A stretch of DNA of 64,000 nucleotides from a virus: IMG/VR virus record IMGVR_UViG_3300022895_000010; one strand, 5' to 3'. The translations under genes and the position numbers were made by a program. The notes below the pieces were generated by a model, which did not search any database, had not been told where the DNA came from, and was given only the letters and a program-made list of their open reading frames with translations. Shown here one piece after another: positions 1 to 11,057 of the stretch; the stretch's first letter is position 1; the number at the start of each line of letters is the position of its first letter.

Positions 1-1227
1 ATCCCTAGTGAAATTAAAAATGAGTTATCAGACTATGATAAGATAATCATTGACATGATCGATGATACTTTTGAAGATTTAGAATATGCTCAAGAACTTA
101 AGAAAGAGATTATTGAGAAGCTAAGAGATAAAAGAAAGAAAAAATATTCTCCATTTGAAGCAGGTAAGGATATTATTATCATTCATGTTGGTGGTAGCCT
201 TAATTTAGGAGATATTACTGAAGAAGACTTAAAGAATCTATTATCTAAGATGCATGATAGAAACTTTGACGTTCAGATAACAAATCTTGGACCAACTGAA
301 GCACATAACCAAAGTACTGGTAATATTATTAACTTTAAGAGTAGAGGTGTAACACAATCATCTATATTAGAAGATGGTACATTTACTGGTAAAGTATTAG
401 CTAAGAATATTATCGGTTTAGCTGAGATTGATTTAAGCGATTATTATACTAAAGAGCAAATAGATGAAATGATGAAGGAAAAAGTTAGTTTCTCAGACAT
501 TATTAGAGATGCTAAGATTAAAGAAGAACTTCTTCCTGACTTCATTAATGATCGTTTAACTGCTTTAGAAGAGAAATTAAACTATACACCTCCTGCATTA
601 ACAATGCAATTAGTAGGTTATGGAAGCGGTACAATTATTAAGAAGAAGGGTACGGAAATTAATGCTCCTTCTATTAAGATTGGTTATGTACCTGGCTATA
701 TTGAGAAATGTGCTTTAGAATTTAAAGAGATTTCAATTGATAATGGTAATACTATTCAGACATTAAACTTTAATGTTACTAAGAATGATTTAGTGAAGGA
801 AAAGAATATTCCTATATCTTCATTTAAGAATAGTAGACAATTCTCAGCTAAGATTAGTGATGGTAAACAGAATGTTACTAGAGATATCTATGTTAAATTT
901 GTATATCCGATGTTTACACATTCAGTTCCTTCTATGAATACTGTAATTGATGAAGCATTTATTAAATCTGGTAGAGAAGATATTAGAGAGAAAGGCAATG
1001 TAACAAGTTCATTCAATCTAGATAATAGTAGAATATTCTTTACATTCCCAGCTACTTATGGATATTTAACATCTATTACAGACCAAAATGGTTTCGAAAT
1101 CCTACCTGCATTCAAGATTACTAATATTAACATGAAAATGGATGATGGAGCAGTTATTCCTTATAATATTTATACTGCTACAACACCTGCTTCAGCAAAA
1201 GACTTTAAAGTAACATTCAAATTCTAA
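1..1227 (+). CDS. Virion structural/tail-fibre-associated protein, 5'-partial
   Basis: Frame is open from base 1 (IPSEIKNELSDY...), so the ORF probably starts before the window. It carries the DYYTKEQ motif shared with the downstream fibre proteins. Confidence 0.55.
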   Translation: MPSEIKNELSDYDKIIIDMIDDTFEDLEYAQELKKEIIEKLRDKRKKKYSPFEAGKDIIIIHVGGSLNLGDITEEDLKNLLSKMHDRNFDVQITNLGPTEAHNQSTGNIINFKSRGVTQSSILEDGTFTGKVLAKNIIGLAEIDLSDYYTKEQIDEMMKEKVSFSDIIRDAKIKEELLPDFINDRLTALEEKLNYTPPALTMQLVGYGSGTIIKKKGTEINAPSIKIGYVPGYIEKCALEFKEISIDNGNTIQTLNFNVTKNDLVKEKNIPISSFKNSRQFSAKISDGKQNVTRDIYVKFVYPMFTHSVPSMNTVIDEAFIKSGREDIREKGNVTSSFNLDNSRIFFTFPATYGYLTSITDQNGFEILPAFKITNINMKMDDGAVIPYNIYTATTPASAKDFKVTFKF

Positions 1228-1241
1228 GGAGAGTGAGATAA

Positions 1242-3545
1242 ATGAAAAGCGGTATTAATATAGTATCTACCTTTAACCTGATAGCTCAATTACCTTTAGA
1301 TGCTAGAACAGTTGTAGATGAATTAAAAGAATTACCTATTAATGCATGTTATGAAAGTATGATTGTTTATCAGAATAAAGATAAAACGCTATATATGTTT
1401 GATGGTAAAGAATTTAGACCTTTAAGTAACTTTATTAGAGGTATTATGGTAGTAGATAAATTAGAAGATGTTAGAGATACTGATAAATTCGAAGGAATGA
1501 TTGTATATCAAATATCTGATAAAAAATACTACACATATAATGGAGAAGAATTCAAAGATTTATTTGATAGATTAGTATCTAAAGAAATGATGGGTAAACC
1601 AGAAGGTGTTGCTTCATTAAATGAATTAGGATGGATTCCGTGGGAACAATTACCTCCTGAATTAGCAGTAGATGGTGGTGGAACAGGCGGTTCTGGTGAT
1701 TTAAAGGATTATTATACTAAAGGTGATGTTAATACTCTTTTAGATATGAAATCAGATATTGCTCATGATCATGACAAGCAGTATATTAAGAACGAAAAAG
1801 GTGTAATTGAATTTAAACACTTCTCAGAATTACTAAATAAAATCAATACTCCATTTATTAATGGTGTTATCGGTATTAGTAGTAATTTCGTAGTAGATAG
1901 TAAGGAAATGAAGTTACAAGTTCCTAACATCAGAGCTATTTTCTCTACAACTAACTTAGAGAGAACTGAACCTATTGTAGTAGATATTGAAGAAAATACA
2001 ATTGATATTCCTAGACCTAATAGTGAAGGTATTAGTACCTATAACCTTTACTTAAATGTAGATGGAACTTTATCATTCGATCCATATAATCCTAGTCCAA
2101 ATGTAACTAGTTATATTTATTTAGGTAAAATTTCAGTAGCTAAAGAAATTGGTATGGGAAATGAAACACCTTTAGTGGACTTTGTATTCAGTCCTCAATT
2201 AGCTTCTTCTCCTATGGATTTACGTAATAGAAGTTTATTAGAGAAGAAATTATATCCAGTTAATGCTAAACCTTTTACTGATGAAATCTATACATTAGTA
2301 ACTAGTGGTTATTATGTATATCGTGAAGGTATTAACTTCATTAAAGATAAAATTAATCCACATATTACTTATAGAGATCCAAAAACTAAGATTGACTTTG
2401 CATATGTAGGTAGAAAGACTAAAAATCAAAGTCCAATCTTTACTAATACTATTATTACTGATCTTTATGATGCTGTTGAAGATGAAAACAATCTTACAAA
2501 AGTACCTGATGGTTGGTTAACTATTCAAGTATTATTTGTAACTGATTCTGGTAAATACTTCATTAGAATGCCTGAAGATAAGATATTCCAAACATCTAAC
2601 GAAGCTAAAGAGTATCTAAAATTCTATAATCCTGAATTATTTGGTTTAGAGAACTTTACTAATCCAGTTTCTGCGTTCCTAGTGCGTTCTAATGGTACTA
2701 AAGATGATTGGTTTGAAGAAGTACCTATTCCACAACCTATCTTAGATAGATTCAGTATTAAAGCTTCTACTGGAGCAGATGGTTCTGGTTCTGCTGTTAT
2801 TAATCCTAATGATTATTATACCAAGGTTGAAATGACAGATATCTTGCTTAAATATTACACTAGAGAAGAACTAGATGAAATTTTAAGAGGTATTGGTGGA
2901 GGAAGTAATGGTGACTCCTATACTAAAGATGAAGTAAATAAAATTTTAAAATATAAATCGAACATCGGACATAAACATGAAATTAGTGATGTAGTGGGCT
3001 TAGATGAGACACTTAAAGAATTATCTCCACTAGGTCATAAACACAAAGTAGATGATGTAGAGGGTTTAAAAGAATCCTTAACAAATCTAGAAAATAATAA
3101 AGCTAATTCAGTTCATAAGCATAATATTGATGATGTAGTAGACTTAAGAGATACTTTAAGCAATAAAGCTGATAAAGGTCATACTCATGAAGGCTTATTA
3201 GTTGATAAAGTTATCGAACACAAACACATCTCAGATGAATTAAATAGTATTCAATCTGCATATAATACTGGTTTTACTAGTATAGATGGTCAAATTAGAG
3301 TAGATCCATTTACAATGAGTGTAAACTTACCTAAAATGGAAGCAGTATTCTCTGTAAGTAATGCGTTAAGAAAGGATTATATCCGAGCTACTTACGAAGC
3401 TGTTAATATCGCTTTACCTAAGGAAAGAGGAGTTTATTATTTATATGCTCTTTCAAATGGTAATGTTGAATTCTCTACTATTGTACCTTCTGTATTCAAT
3501 GATAAAATACTTGTTGGTTCATTTGTAATTAGTGTAGATATGTAA
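1242..3545 (+). CDS. Tail fibre protein
   Basis: SD AAGGAG. N-terminal PLDARTVV...YEGMIVYQ duplicated module, several YYTKxEV motifs and tandem HKHxxxDVxGL repeats typical of phage fibres. Confidence 0.65.
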   Translation: MKSGINIVSTFNLIAQLPLDARTVVDELKELPINACYESMIVYQNKDKTLYMFDGKEFRPLSNFIRGIMVVDKLEDVRDTDKFEGMIVYQISDKKYYTYNGEEFKDLFDRLVSKEMMGKPEGVASLNELGWIPWEQLPPELAVDGGGTGGSGDLKDYYTKGDVNTLLDMKSDIAHDHDKQYIKNEKGVIEFKHFSELLNKINTPFINGVIGISSNFVVDSKEMKLQVPNIRAIFSTTNLERTEPIVVDIEENTIDIPRPNSEGISTYNLYLNVDGTLSFDPYNPSPNVTSYIYLGKISVAKEIGMGNETPLVDFVFSPQLASSPMDLRNRSLLEKKLYPVNAKPFTDEIYTLVTSGYYVYREGINFIKDKINPHITYRDPKTKIDFAYVGRKTKNQSPIFTNTIITDLYDAVEDENNLTKVPDGWLTIQVLFVTDSGKYFIRMPEDKIFQTSNEAKEYLKFYNPELFGLENFTNPVSAFLVRSNGTKDDWFEEVPIPQPILDRFSIKASTGADGSGSAVINPNDYYTKVEMTDILLKYYTREELDEILRGIGGGSNGDSYTKDEVNKILKYKSNIGHKHEISDVVGLDETLKELSPLGHKHKVDDVEGLKESLTNLENNKANSVHKHNIDDVVDLRDTLSNKADKGHTHEGLLVDKVIEHKHISDELNSIQSAYNTGFTSIDGQIRVDPFTMSVNLPKMEAVFSVSNALRKDYIRATYEAVNIALPKERGVYYLYALSNGNVEFSTIVPSVFNDKILVGSFVISVDM

Positions 3546-3568
3546 ATATGAAAGGAGAGTAATATGAT

Positions 3569-6500
3569 ATGAGATTGCTTCCATTATCTAAGGAATATGT
3601 AAATGGGAGAGATGTATTCTATAAGAATATATCTCTCTATAAACCTGTAACTGTTAAAGAACCTTTAGAAACTGCTTCTTTTGAAGACAACTTTTATTAC
3701 TCTCATCAATTCTTAACTGATGGGGTTATTAAAACTGAAGGTATTGCTAAACGTAATGGTGTTTTAAGTAAGATTGAAGGTAAACAAGGTGATCCAATTA
3801 TTCATTCTTATGATTTTAACGTTGTTATTGATTTAGAATCAGTTCATACTATTGATGATATCTTCTTAAACTTGGCAAACTTTGAAGTAGTTCCTATTGA
3901 GGATGACTTTATTACTGAATTAAAAGGACATAATAAATCTGCTGAAGTCTATATATCTGAGAATGGTATTGATTACAAGTTATATGGTGATTGTAATTTT
4001 GAAGCCGGATTAGGTGTAGATGACTTCCTATATGACAAATTCTTAGTTAGAACTGAGAAAGATGAGAAATTAGTAGGTGAAGTTAAAGCTAGATATATTA
4101 AAGTTCAAAACTTTGAATTAAATAGTACTTTAACTCGTGCTTCTTTATCAGAAATTGCTGTATATGGTACTGATTCAATTGGTGATAGCTTAATCTATCC
4201 TAATATGGACTTTAAACGTGTTGATTTAGAGAAAGACTTAAATATCAATTATAAAGGTGGTAAATTCGCTGAAATTGAAGATTATTACAACAATTTCAAA
4301 GATACTACTCATAATGATGTACCTGTTAATGGTTGGTCTTGGAATCTAAATAGATATGTACAAGGAAAACCATATTCATTTAAGTTTACTTTCAAAGGTA
4401 CTAAGTTCAGATTAATAGGCGGTAATAGCGTAAAAGCTAATACTAAAGTTAGAGTAGTTATTGATGGAAAATTAGTAGATACTTTTAATCCTTCTGAATC
4501 ACATAATACTTCTTTATATAAAGATGCAAAAGTAGCTTATATGTCAGATATTCGTCCATTTACTTTATTATATGGTAAAGAATTAGAAAAAGGTGAACAT
4601 GAAGTAGAAGTGTTATTAGAATACTTAGGAACTGAACCTGCAGAGGGTGATGATTCTTCATTCTTCTTCCTACAAGCTATTGATGTTGATTTAAATGCAG
4701 AAATTATTCCTAATAAAGTATTTGTTGGAGACGAATTACAACGTCCTCAAGTTAATTGGAATGGTTTCACTAAAGATGATACTTCTATTAAATATGTAGG
4801 TCAATGGAAAACTACTTCTATATTAAGTACTGAAGTAAAGACATCTAAAGGATTAGCTAATACACTTGATTTCAGATTTACAGGTACTTCTATTAGAATT
4901 ATTGGTGCTAGAAATGCTAGCGGTTCTTCTGATATTGATGTATTTATTGATGGTAAACCATATAAAATGAGTTGCTATTCTGAAACTGAGGATATTAATA
5001 CTCTATTATTAGATGTAAAAGTACCTGAACTTCCTACTAATGATCCAATTACATTACCTATTCATACCCTTAAGATTGTGAATAATAATGACAATTCTTT
5101 ATACTTCTTAGGCGTTCATACTGAAGGTGTAGATTCTTCTATTTATTTAGATACTAACCTTCAGGTAGGAGATGTTTCATTAAGACCTGATTATGGTTAT
5201 AAACGTTTCTATTCTGATAATAAGAAAGTTTCTTATATTGGTAATTGGACTGAAGTACCTTCTAATATAGATCCAAATCATTCTAATATGGTATTAGGTG
5301 ATGGTGAAACTCTAGGTACTATTAAGTTTAAATTCTATGGTACTAAATTACGTATAATTGCTAATAGATTAACTAATGGTGCTGATAATGTTAAGATTAG
5401 TATTGATAATAGCTTAACTGAAGAATTTACAACTATGCATAATGTTTCTCAACAACGTGTAATTGTTTATGAAAATACTGCTTTATCTAAGGCTGTACAT
5501 ATCGTTGCAATTGAAGTTACTAAGACTCCATTTATTATTGAAGCTATTGATGTTGATAGTGTTGATTTAATTGAAGGAGACCATAACTTATTTGATTACG
5601 TTATTACACCGCAATTAGCATCAACTGATCATAACTTACGTGTTAAATCTACTTTAGATTACACTATACCTGCTTCTAAACCAAGTACAGGTAATGAGTT
5701 ATTTAAACTTAATATTACACCAAGTTCTCTATATAGAGAAGGTATTAACTTTGAGACTAGTAAGGATTTCCCTCATGTTAAACGTTTTACTGGTGGTAAA
5801 CATGTTTACTTCCGTATCGTTCATAGTGGAACTGCTAATAAAACTCAAGGTTATACAGAAACTATTATCCATAATAAACTTGATAATCTTTCAGGTGCTT
5901 TAGTAGATATTCCTAAGGATAAGTATTCAATTCAGATTGTTACTATGTCTTTATCTGGTGAGATTTATATTGTTATGGGTCAGGAGAAGGTATTTGATAG
6001 TTTACAAGAAGCACAAGATGCTGTAGCTAACTATGAACCATATTTATTTGGTTTAGAATACTTTACTTTACCAATTGGTACTCTAATTGTAAGAAGTAGT
6101 GGTTCTGCTCTTAACTGGTTAAACGTTATGGAAGTACCACCTAAGATTCTAGCTAAATATAATATCAGAGCAGGTTCAAGTTCTGGTAGTGGTGGAGCAG
6201 CGATTGATGAAACTCTTGATGATTACTATAATAAACAAGAAATGCAAGGTTTATTATCTGGTAAAGCTGATTTAGTTCACAATCATAATAACTTATACTA
6301 TACTAAATCTGAAGTACAATCAATGATTGAAAATGTTTCTATTGACTTCTTAAGTGCTGAACAAGTTGTAGAAACTAATACTAGAAAGTTCTTAAATGCT
6401 ACACAAATTGATGCTCTTTCTGGTATTAAGGATAATGTCCAAACAAAGATTAATGAATTTACTCAAAAGTTCAGTGAATCTATGTTCTATAAAGGTAAGT

Positions 6501-9469
6501 TTAAAACTAATGCTGACATGGTTAAAACATTAGTAAATCCTGCTAATGGTTGGACTGCTACTGTTGAAATTGATGAAACTCAGGAAAATGTAACTACCTT
6601 ATATATGTATCATACTGTTAATAAAGGATGGTTTGTAATCGCTAAAGGCGGTGGAGGTTCTGCAGGTGGTGGATTTGAAGTAACAACTACTGGTAAACCA
6701 CCAACTAACCAAAAATTATTATGGATTGATGCTATTGATCCAGATAAAGTTTACTTTAAATATCATAATGGTACTGAATGGAGACTGATTACTACTAAAA
6801 TTGCTTCAACTGATGTTAGTGGTCAATTTCCTGCTTCTAAGATTGATGAAGGTGAAGATAGAAAGTTCATTAGTACCACTCAGAAAGATATTTTAACTAA
6901 CTTTACAGATGAGAATGGTGTTCTTAACTATCGTGGTGTTCCTTTTGCTACTTTAGATGGAGCAGTTAAATTAGTAATAGATGATTCTGAACCTAAGACT
7001 GATAGATCATATTCTTCTAACAAAGTAGTTAAATTATTAGAGACTAAGCAGGATAAGATATCATTTACTCCTGAAAACTCTGCTAATAAGAATAAGCCAG
7101 GTGGTTATGTAGGTTTAGATGCATTTGGTAAGATTCCTAAGAGTTCTTATGAAGTTATTATTCCTCCATTAGATGAAAATATTAAACGTTCATTTAAAGT
7201 TACCAATGAGGAAGAAAGATTAGCTTTAACAGGACTTAGAGAATATGACAGATGTTATGAATATGCTACTGGTAAAGAGTATGTTTATATGAATAGTAAA
7301 TGGAGTATTTTAATGGATGTGTCATTCCTTAAAACTCCTAAGAATAACTTTACTGCTGTTTCTCCACCTATGGCTACTGATGATATTGACTTAGGTTATA
7401 GTGTTGGTAGTGTATGGATGAATATGAATAATGGTAAAGTTTACATCTGTGTAAACAATGAGAAAGGTAAAGCTCTATGGCAATTAATTGCTGGTGGTGA
7501 TACTTTCGTAAATATTGGTGCAATTGTACCATTTAAATATGAATCTGGTCTTAGACCTGAAAATACAAAAGATTTCCAGCTTCCTGATGCATATGATGGT
7601 ACTAAAGAGGACTATGTTGAGGTTTCTGTTGATGGTATCGAGAAGTTACAAGGTAAAGATTATGAAATTATTGAAGAACCTGTAGGAACGTTTATTATTA
7701 GATTTACTAATGATATAACTCCTGAACAAACGGTATTTGGTGAAGTCTATAAATATGATGCTAGTGGTATTAATAAAGACATCATGCTTAAATCAGAATA
7801 TGATTTAAATAGTGATGGTAAAATTAACCAAGCAGATATGGCAGACTATACTAAAATGCTTAGAACATTTGAAACTCAGAAACCATATAAAGTGAATGAA
7901 GTTATTTTATATAATGGAATTATATACTATTCTAATTCTAATTTTGAATCAGGTGTTGCTTGGGATGCTTCTAAATGGAATATTCTTTCAGCTAAACCAA
8001 TCGATCTAAAAGATTTCACTACTAATAATTTAGCAGAAGCATATAATAAACGTTATATGACTGATAAAGAAAAGAGTGATGTTGCAACTATTACTTCAAT
8101 GACAACAAATATTGAAAATAATAAGACTGAAATTACTGGCATCAAGACTGATATCACTAAGACTAAGAATGAAAATAATATTAGATTCTCTTCAATTGAA
8201 TCTAAATTACCTAAAGAGTCTTCAAGTACAGACCAATTGGTAACTAATTCTAAGTTTAAAGAGACTCTTGATGCATTAACTATCAGAGCTTTAGCTGATG
8301 TTGATGATAATTTCATTGCTAATTCTTATTTAAGAGTATCTGCTGATGGTAAAAGAGTAGAATATGCATTTAAACCAGTATTCCCTATTAAGAAGATTAC
8401 TGATACACGAGGAAAACCATTTGATGATGTTACTGAACTAGAGTTCAAAGGATTTGCAGGAGACATATTTGATCCAGAAACAGGTAAGTTAACTCTTAAA
8501 CCTGAACTATTAAGTACTGACTTTGCGGATTTCCCTAAAGAACATGATCATGGTAAGATCCTTATTAGTAATGGTATTAACAAAGAGTACGAGTTAGTTA
8601 ATGCTGAAGCTCTTACATTAAGTAAAGAGAACTACTATATTACTATTTCTGCTTCATCATGGGTTGAAGATTCTGATGGCACTTACTATTATGATATTGA
8701 CCATCCATTAGAAAGCATGGCATTGATTATTCAATGTGTAGATACTAATAATGAATTGGATTCTAATATCAAGTATAAAATCTTTAGTAATACTAAAGTA
8801 AGGGTTCGAAGTGTTTCTAGAAAGTTCTTACGAGTTACTATTAACTGTTCATTAGGTGTTACGAATGGATATTGGTCTCATGCATTTGATGTTAATAAGA
8901 TTCAGATTGTTGATGATACAAGACCTCGTGTAGACAAGGCTTATTCATCACAGTACTTAGAAACTAAAATGCAAGGATTTGCTAACAGAGAAGAACATTA
9001 TACTAAAGAGGAATCTAATATTAAATATGCGGTCAAGTCCTTAGAGCATGATCATGCTAACAAAAGAATTCTCGATAAATTTAATGAGGATTTAAACGGT
9101 GATGTGTTCTATGGTGGTCGAAAACTTCTTACTGATATTAAAGCTAAATCATTTAGTGATGCTAAATTAGGACAAATCAGTACTTCTTTAGCTAAGATAT
9201 TCGATATCGAAAACTATATGAATTTATCTCAAATAACAGCATTGTCTGCTTCTGAGGTGTTAATTAGAAACACTAATATTCCTTCAGGAAATGCAGTATC
9301 AGATGCTAATAAGAAGATTCGTATCAGAATAATGGATGGACAGATTACTATGATTGATGGTTACTTGATGCCTGCTGAAGTACAAAAGTATCAATTAGGT
9401 ATCAGTAAATCAACAACTGTCTATATTCATGGTAACTTTGATGCTAGTATGACAATTACAGGATTTTAA
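3569..9469 (+). CDS. Large (1966 aa) tail fibre/adhesin with carbohydrate-binding-like beta-sandwich modules
   Basis: SD GAAAGGAG. Discoidin/F5-8-like N-terminal motifs (VVIDL..., ARYIKV, SEIAVYG), three FxFxGTxxRxI...IDG modules, Gly linkers, YYxK and HxH fibre motifs. Confidence 0.65.
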   Translation: MRLLPLSKEYVNGRDVFYKNISLYKPVTVKEPLETASFEDNFYYSHQFLTDGVIKTEGIAKRNGVLSKIEGKQGDPIIHSYDFNVVIDLESVHTIDDIFLNLANFEVVPIEDDFITELKGHNKSAEVYISENGIDYKLYGDCNFEAGLGVDDFLYDKFLVRTEKDEKLVGEVKARYIKVQNFELNSTLTRASLSEIAVYGTDSIGDSLIYPNMDFKRVDLEKDLNINYKGGKFAEIEDYYNNFKDTTHNDVPVNGWSWNLNRYVQGKPYSFKFTFKGTKFRLIGGNSVKANTKVRVVIDGKLVDTFNPSESHNTSLYKDAKVAYMSDIRPFTLLYGKELEKGEHEVEVLLEYLGTEPAEGDDSSFFFLQAIDVDLNAEIIPNKVFVGDELQRPQVNWNGFTKDDTSIKYVGQWKTTSILSTEVKTSKGLANTLDFRFTGTSIRIIGARNASGSSDIDVFIDGKPYKMSCYSETEDINTLLLDVKVPELPTNDPITLPIHTLKIVNNNDNSLYFLGVHTEGVDSSIYLDTNLQVGDVSLRPDYGYKRFYSDNKKVSYIGNWTEVPSNIDPNHSNMVLGDGETLGTIKFKFYGTKLRIIANRLTNGADNVKISIDNSLTEEFTTMHNVSQQRVIVYENTALSKAVHIVAIEVTKTPFIIEAIDVDSVDLIEGDHNLFDYVITPQLASTDHNLRVKSTLDYTIPASKPSTGNELFKLNITPSSLYREGINFETSKDFPHVKRFTGGKHVYFRIVHSGTANKTQGYTETIIHNKLDNLSGALVDIPKDKYSIQIVTMSLSGEIYIVMGQEKVFDSLQEAQDAVANYEPYLFGLEYFTLPIGTLIVRSSGSALNWLNVMEVPPKILAKYNIRAGSSSGSGGAAIDETLDDYYNKQEMQGLLSGKADLVHNHNNLYYTKSEVQSMIENVSIDFLSAEQVVETNTRKFLNATQIDALSGIKDNVQTKINEFTQKFSESMFYKGKFKTNADMVKTLVNPANGWTATVEIDETQENVTTLYMYHTVNKGWFVIAKGGGGSAGGGFEVTTTGKPPTNQKLLWIDAIDPDKVYFKYHNGTEWRLITTKIASTDVSGQFPASKIDEGEDRKFISTTQKDILTNFTDENGVLNYRGVPFATLDGAVKLVIDDSEPKTDRSYSSNKVVKLLETKQDKISFTPENSANKNKPGGYVGLDAFGKIPKSSYEVIIPPLDENIKRSFKVTNEEERLALTGLREYDRCYEYATGKEYVYMNSKWSILMDVSFLKTPKNNFTAVSPPMATDDIDLGYSVGSVWMNMNNGKVYICVNNEKGKALWQLIAGGDTFVNIGAIVPFKYESGLRPENTKDFQLPDAYDGTKEDYVEVSVDGIEKLQGKDYEIIEEPVGTFIIRFTNDITPEQTVFGEVYKYDASGINKDIMLKSEYDLNSDGKINQADMADYTKMLRTFETQKPYKVNEVILYNGIIYYSNSNFESGVAWDASKWNILSAKPIDLKDFTTNNLAEAYNKRYMTDKEKSDVATITSMTTNIENNKTEITGIKTDITKTKNENNIRFSSIESKLPKESSSTDQLVTNSKFKETLDALTIRALADVDDNFIANSYLRVSADGKRVEYAFKPVFPIKKITDTRGKPFDDVTELEFKGFAGDIFDPETGKLTLKPELLSTDFADFPKEHDHGKILISNGINKEYELVNAEALTLSKENYYITISASSWVEDSDGTYYYDIDHPLESMALIIQCVDTNNELDSNIKYKIFSNTKVRVRSVSRKFLRVTINCSLGVTNGYWSHAFDVNKIQIVDDTRPRVDKAYSSQYLETKMQGFANREEHYTKEESNIKYAVKSLEHDHANKRILDKFNEDLNGDVFYGGRKLLTDIKAKSFSDAKLGQISTSLAKIFDIENYMNLSQITALSASEVLIRNTNIPSGNAVSDANKKIRIRIMDGQITMIDGYLMPAEVQKYQLGISKSTTVYIHGNFDASMTITGF

Positions 9470-9493
9470 TTAATAAATGAGGAGGTTGTTGTT

Positions 9494-11044
9494 TTGGCTA
9501 AATTATTAGGCTCATACAATATTTCTGGGAATATTTCTCAGCTTATAGAACTTCAAGATGAATATATTATAAACGGTCAAATTTATGACCGTAATAGTAT
9601 GTCAGCTAAAGGTCTTACATTTGCACCTGTGAATTCTGCTCCAGGTAATGATATTACAGTTCTTAAAACAATGAATGTCGGTTCAAAAGCATTAGGACGA
9701 TCTAATAGATCAGTCCTAATGGATGAAACCGATGGCAATGTAACATGGATATTAAACCATTCTAGGTATGCAGAAAATTCTTATTATTACACTAGATTAG
9801 TAAAAATTACTAGAAATGGTAAAGATACAAAAATAGAATATGGTAATACTTTTTCTAATGCTTCTGATAATATTATCGCTGAATTCGTAGCACAAGACGA
9901 TCAATTTGTTTATATAGCGATAAATCAAACTGCTGATTATAGTAATAGTAATGTTAATTGTATATATCGTATAAGTAAAATTAACCCAGCATCAACAACC
10001 TTTCAGAATTTTGGAAACCAAACATATAATGTTTTATTACAAGAAACTCCAACTACTCTATATTTCTTAACAAATAGAATGGGTAGCGTTAATGCATTTA
10101 CTGCATATAATAAAACAAGCAATAGTTTACCGACTATATTAACTGAAAGTGGAACGGGTTCAACATCACATTCATTTAACTCAATACCTGCAATCCTTGA
10201 TGATAAGAGTTTCTATTTAGTTAAAAATGGTTCTTTATTCGGATTAGGTAATAACTATTTCATTAAATATTATACAATTGATGTAAATACCAATACAGTT
10301 AATGCGGTAAATGTTGATGTAGATGTAAAGAATTCACCTAATGCTAAGACTCTATTAAATATTGTAGGCGGAAGTTCACTAAATAACACTAGTGAATTAA
10401 TTTATCATAAAGATGGAGATAAAGAATATATTACATGGATAAGATATTCTACAATACCTACTGGTAGTTCAGGTCAATTAGGAGTAAACCAATCATTCAT
10501 GTTAACATTTGAAAGAGTTTCTAATACTCAATTAAAATTAGTATCAGAAGAATATTTCACTGGAATGATTTGTAGAGGTATTATTACTAATAATGGTAAT
10601 AAATTTATCGTAACTAGTTTTGACAGTCAATTAATTTTCTGGACTTGGGACACAAATAATAAGCGTTTTAATCAAGTTTCTTCATTTACTGGAAATCTTA
10701 GAAACTTTGGTATTGATTTATATAATAATATTTTAGTGCAAGAAAATGATAATAGTTTATCATTATTAACAAACAGTGTTCCTTTAAATATTACTGCAAA
10801 GTATGTTAAAGACAATTATGATTATTTAGGCGCACCAATAAATTCTTCTATAAATGTATTCGCTCAAAACTTCTTAGGTCAATTCCTATCAGCTACGGTT
10901 GAATTAACAATATATGGACCTGCTAAGTTTAGCGATAACAATGCTAAGAAGATTCAAGTAACAACTACACAAAACGGTTCTATTAATATTCCAATTGTAA
11001 TTGATGATTCTGGAATTTTAAAAGTTACTGTAAGAGCACTTTAA
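9494..11044 (+). CDS. Putative receptor-binding/tail protein, paralogue 1 of 3
   Basis: TTG start with SD GAGGAGG. N- and C-terminal domains are shared with the next two ORFs, and the middle is beta-rich. Confidence 0.5.
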   Translation: MAKLLGSYNISGNISQLIELQDEYIINGQIYDRNSMSAKGLTFAPVNSAPGNDITVLKTMNVGSKALGRSNRSVLMDETDGNVTWILNHSRYAENSYYYTRLVKITRNGKDTKIEYGNTFSNASDNIIAEFVAQDDQFVYIAINQTADYSNSNVNCIYRISKINPASTTFQNFGNQTYNVLLQETPTTLYFLTNRMGSVNAFTAYNKTSNSLPTILTESGTGSTSHSFNSIPAILDDKSFYLVKNGSLFGLGNNYFIKYYTIDVNTNTVNAVNVDVDVKNSPNAKTLLNIVGGSSLNNTSELIYHKDGDKEYITWIRYSTIPTGSSGQLGVNQSFMLTFERVSNTQLKLVSEEYFTGMICRGIITNNGNKFIVTSFDSQLIFWTWDTNNKRFNQVSSFTGNLRNFGIDLYNNILVQENDNSLSLLTNSVPLNITAKYVKDNYDYLGAPINSSINVFAQNFLGQFLSATVELTIYGPAKFSDNNAKKIQVTTTQNGSINIPIVIDDSGILKVTVRAL

Positions 11045-11057
11045 GGAGGTAAAATAA

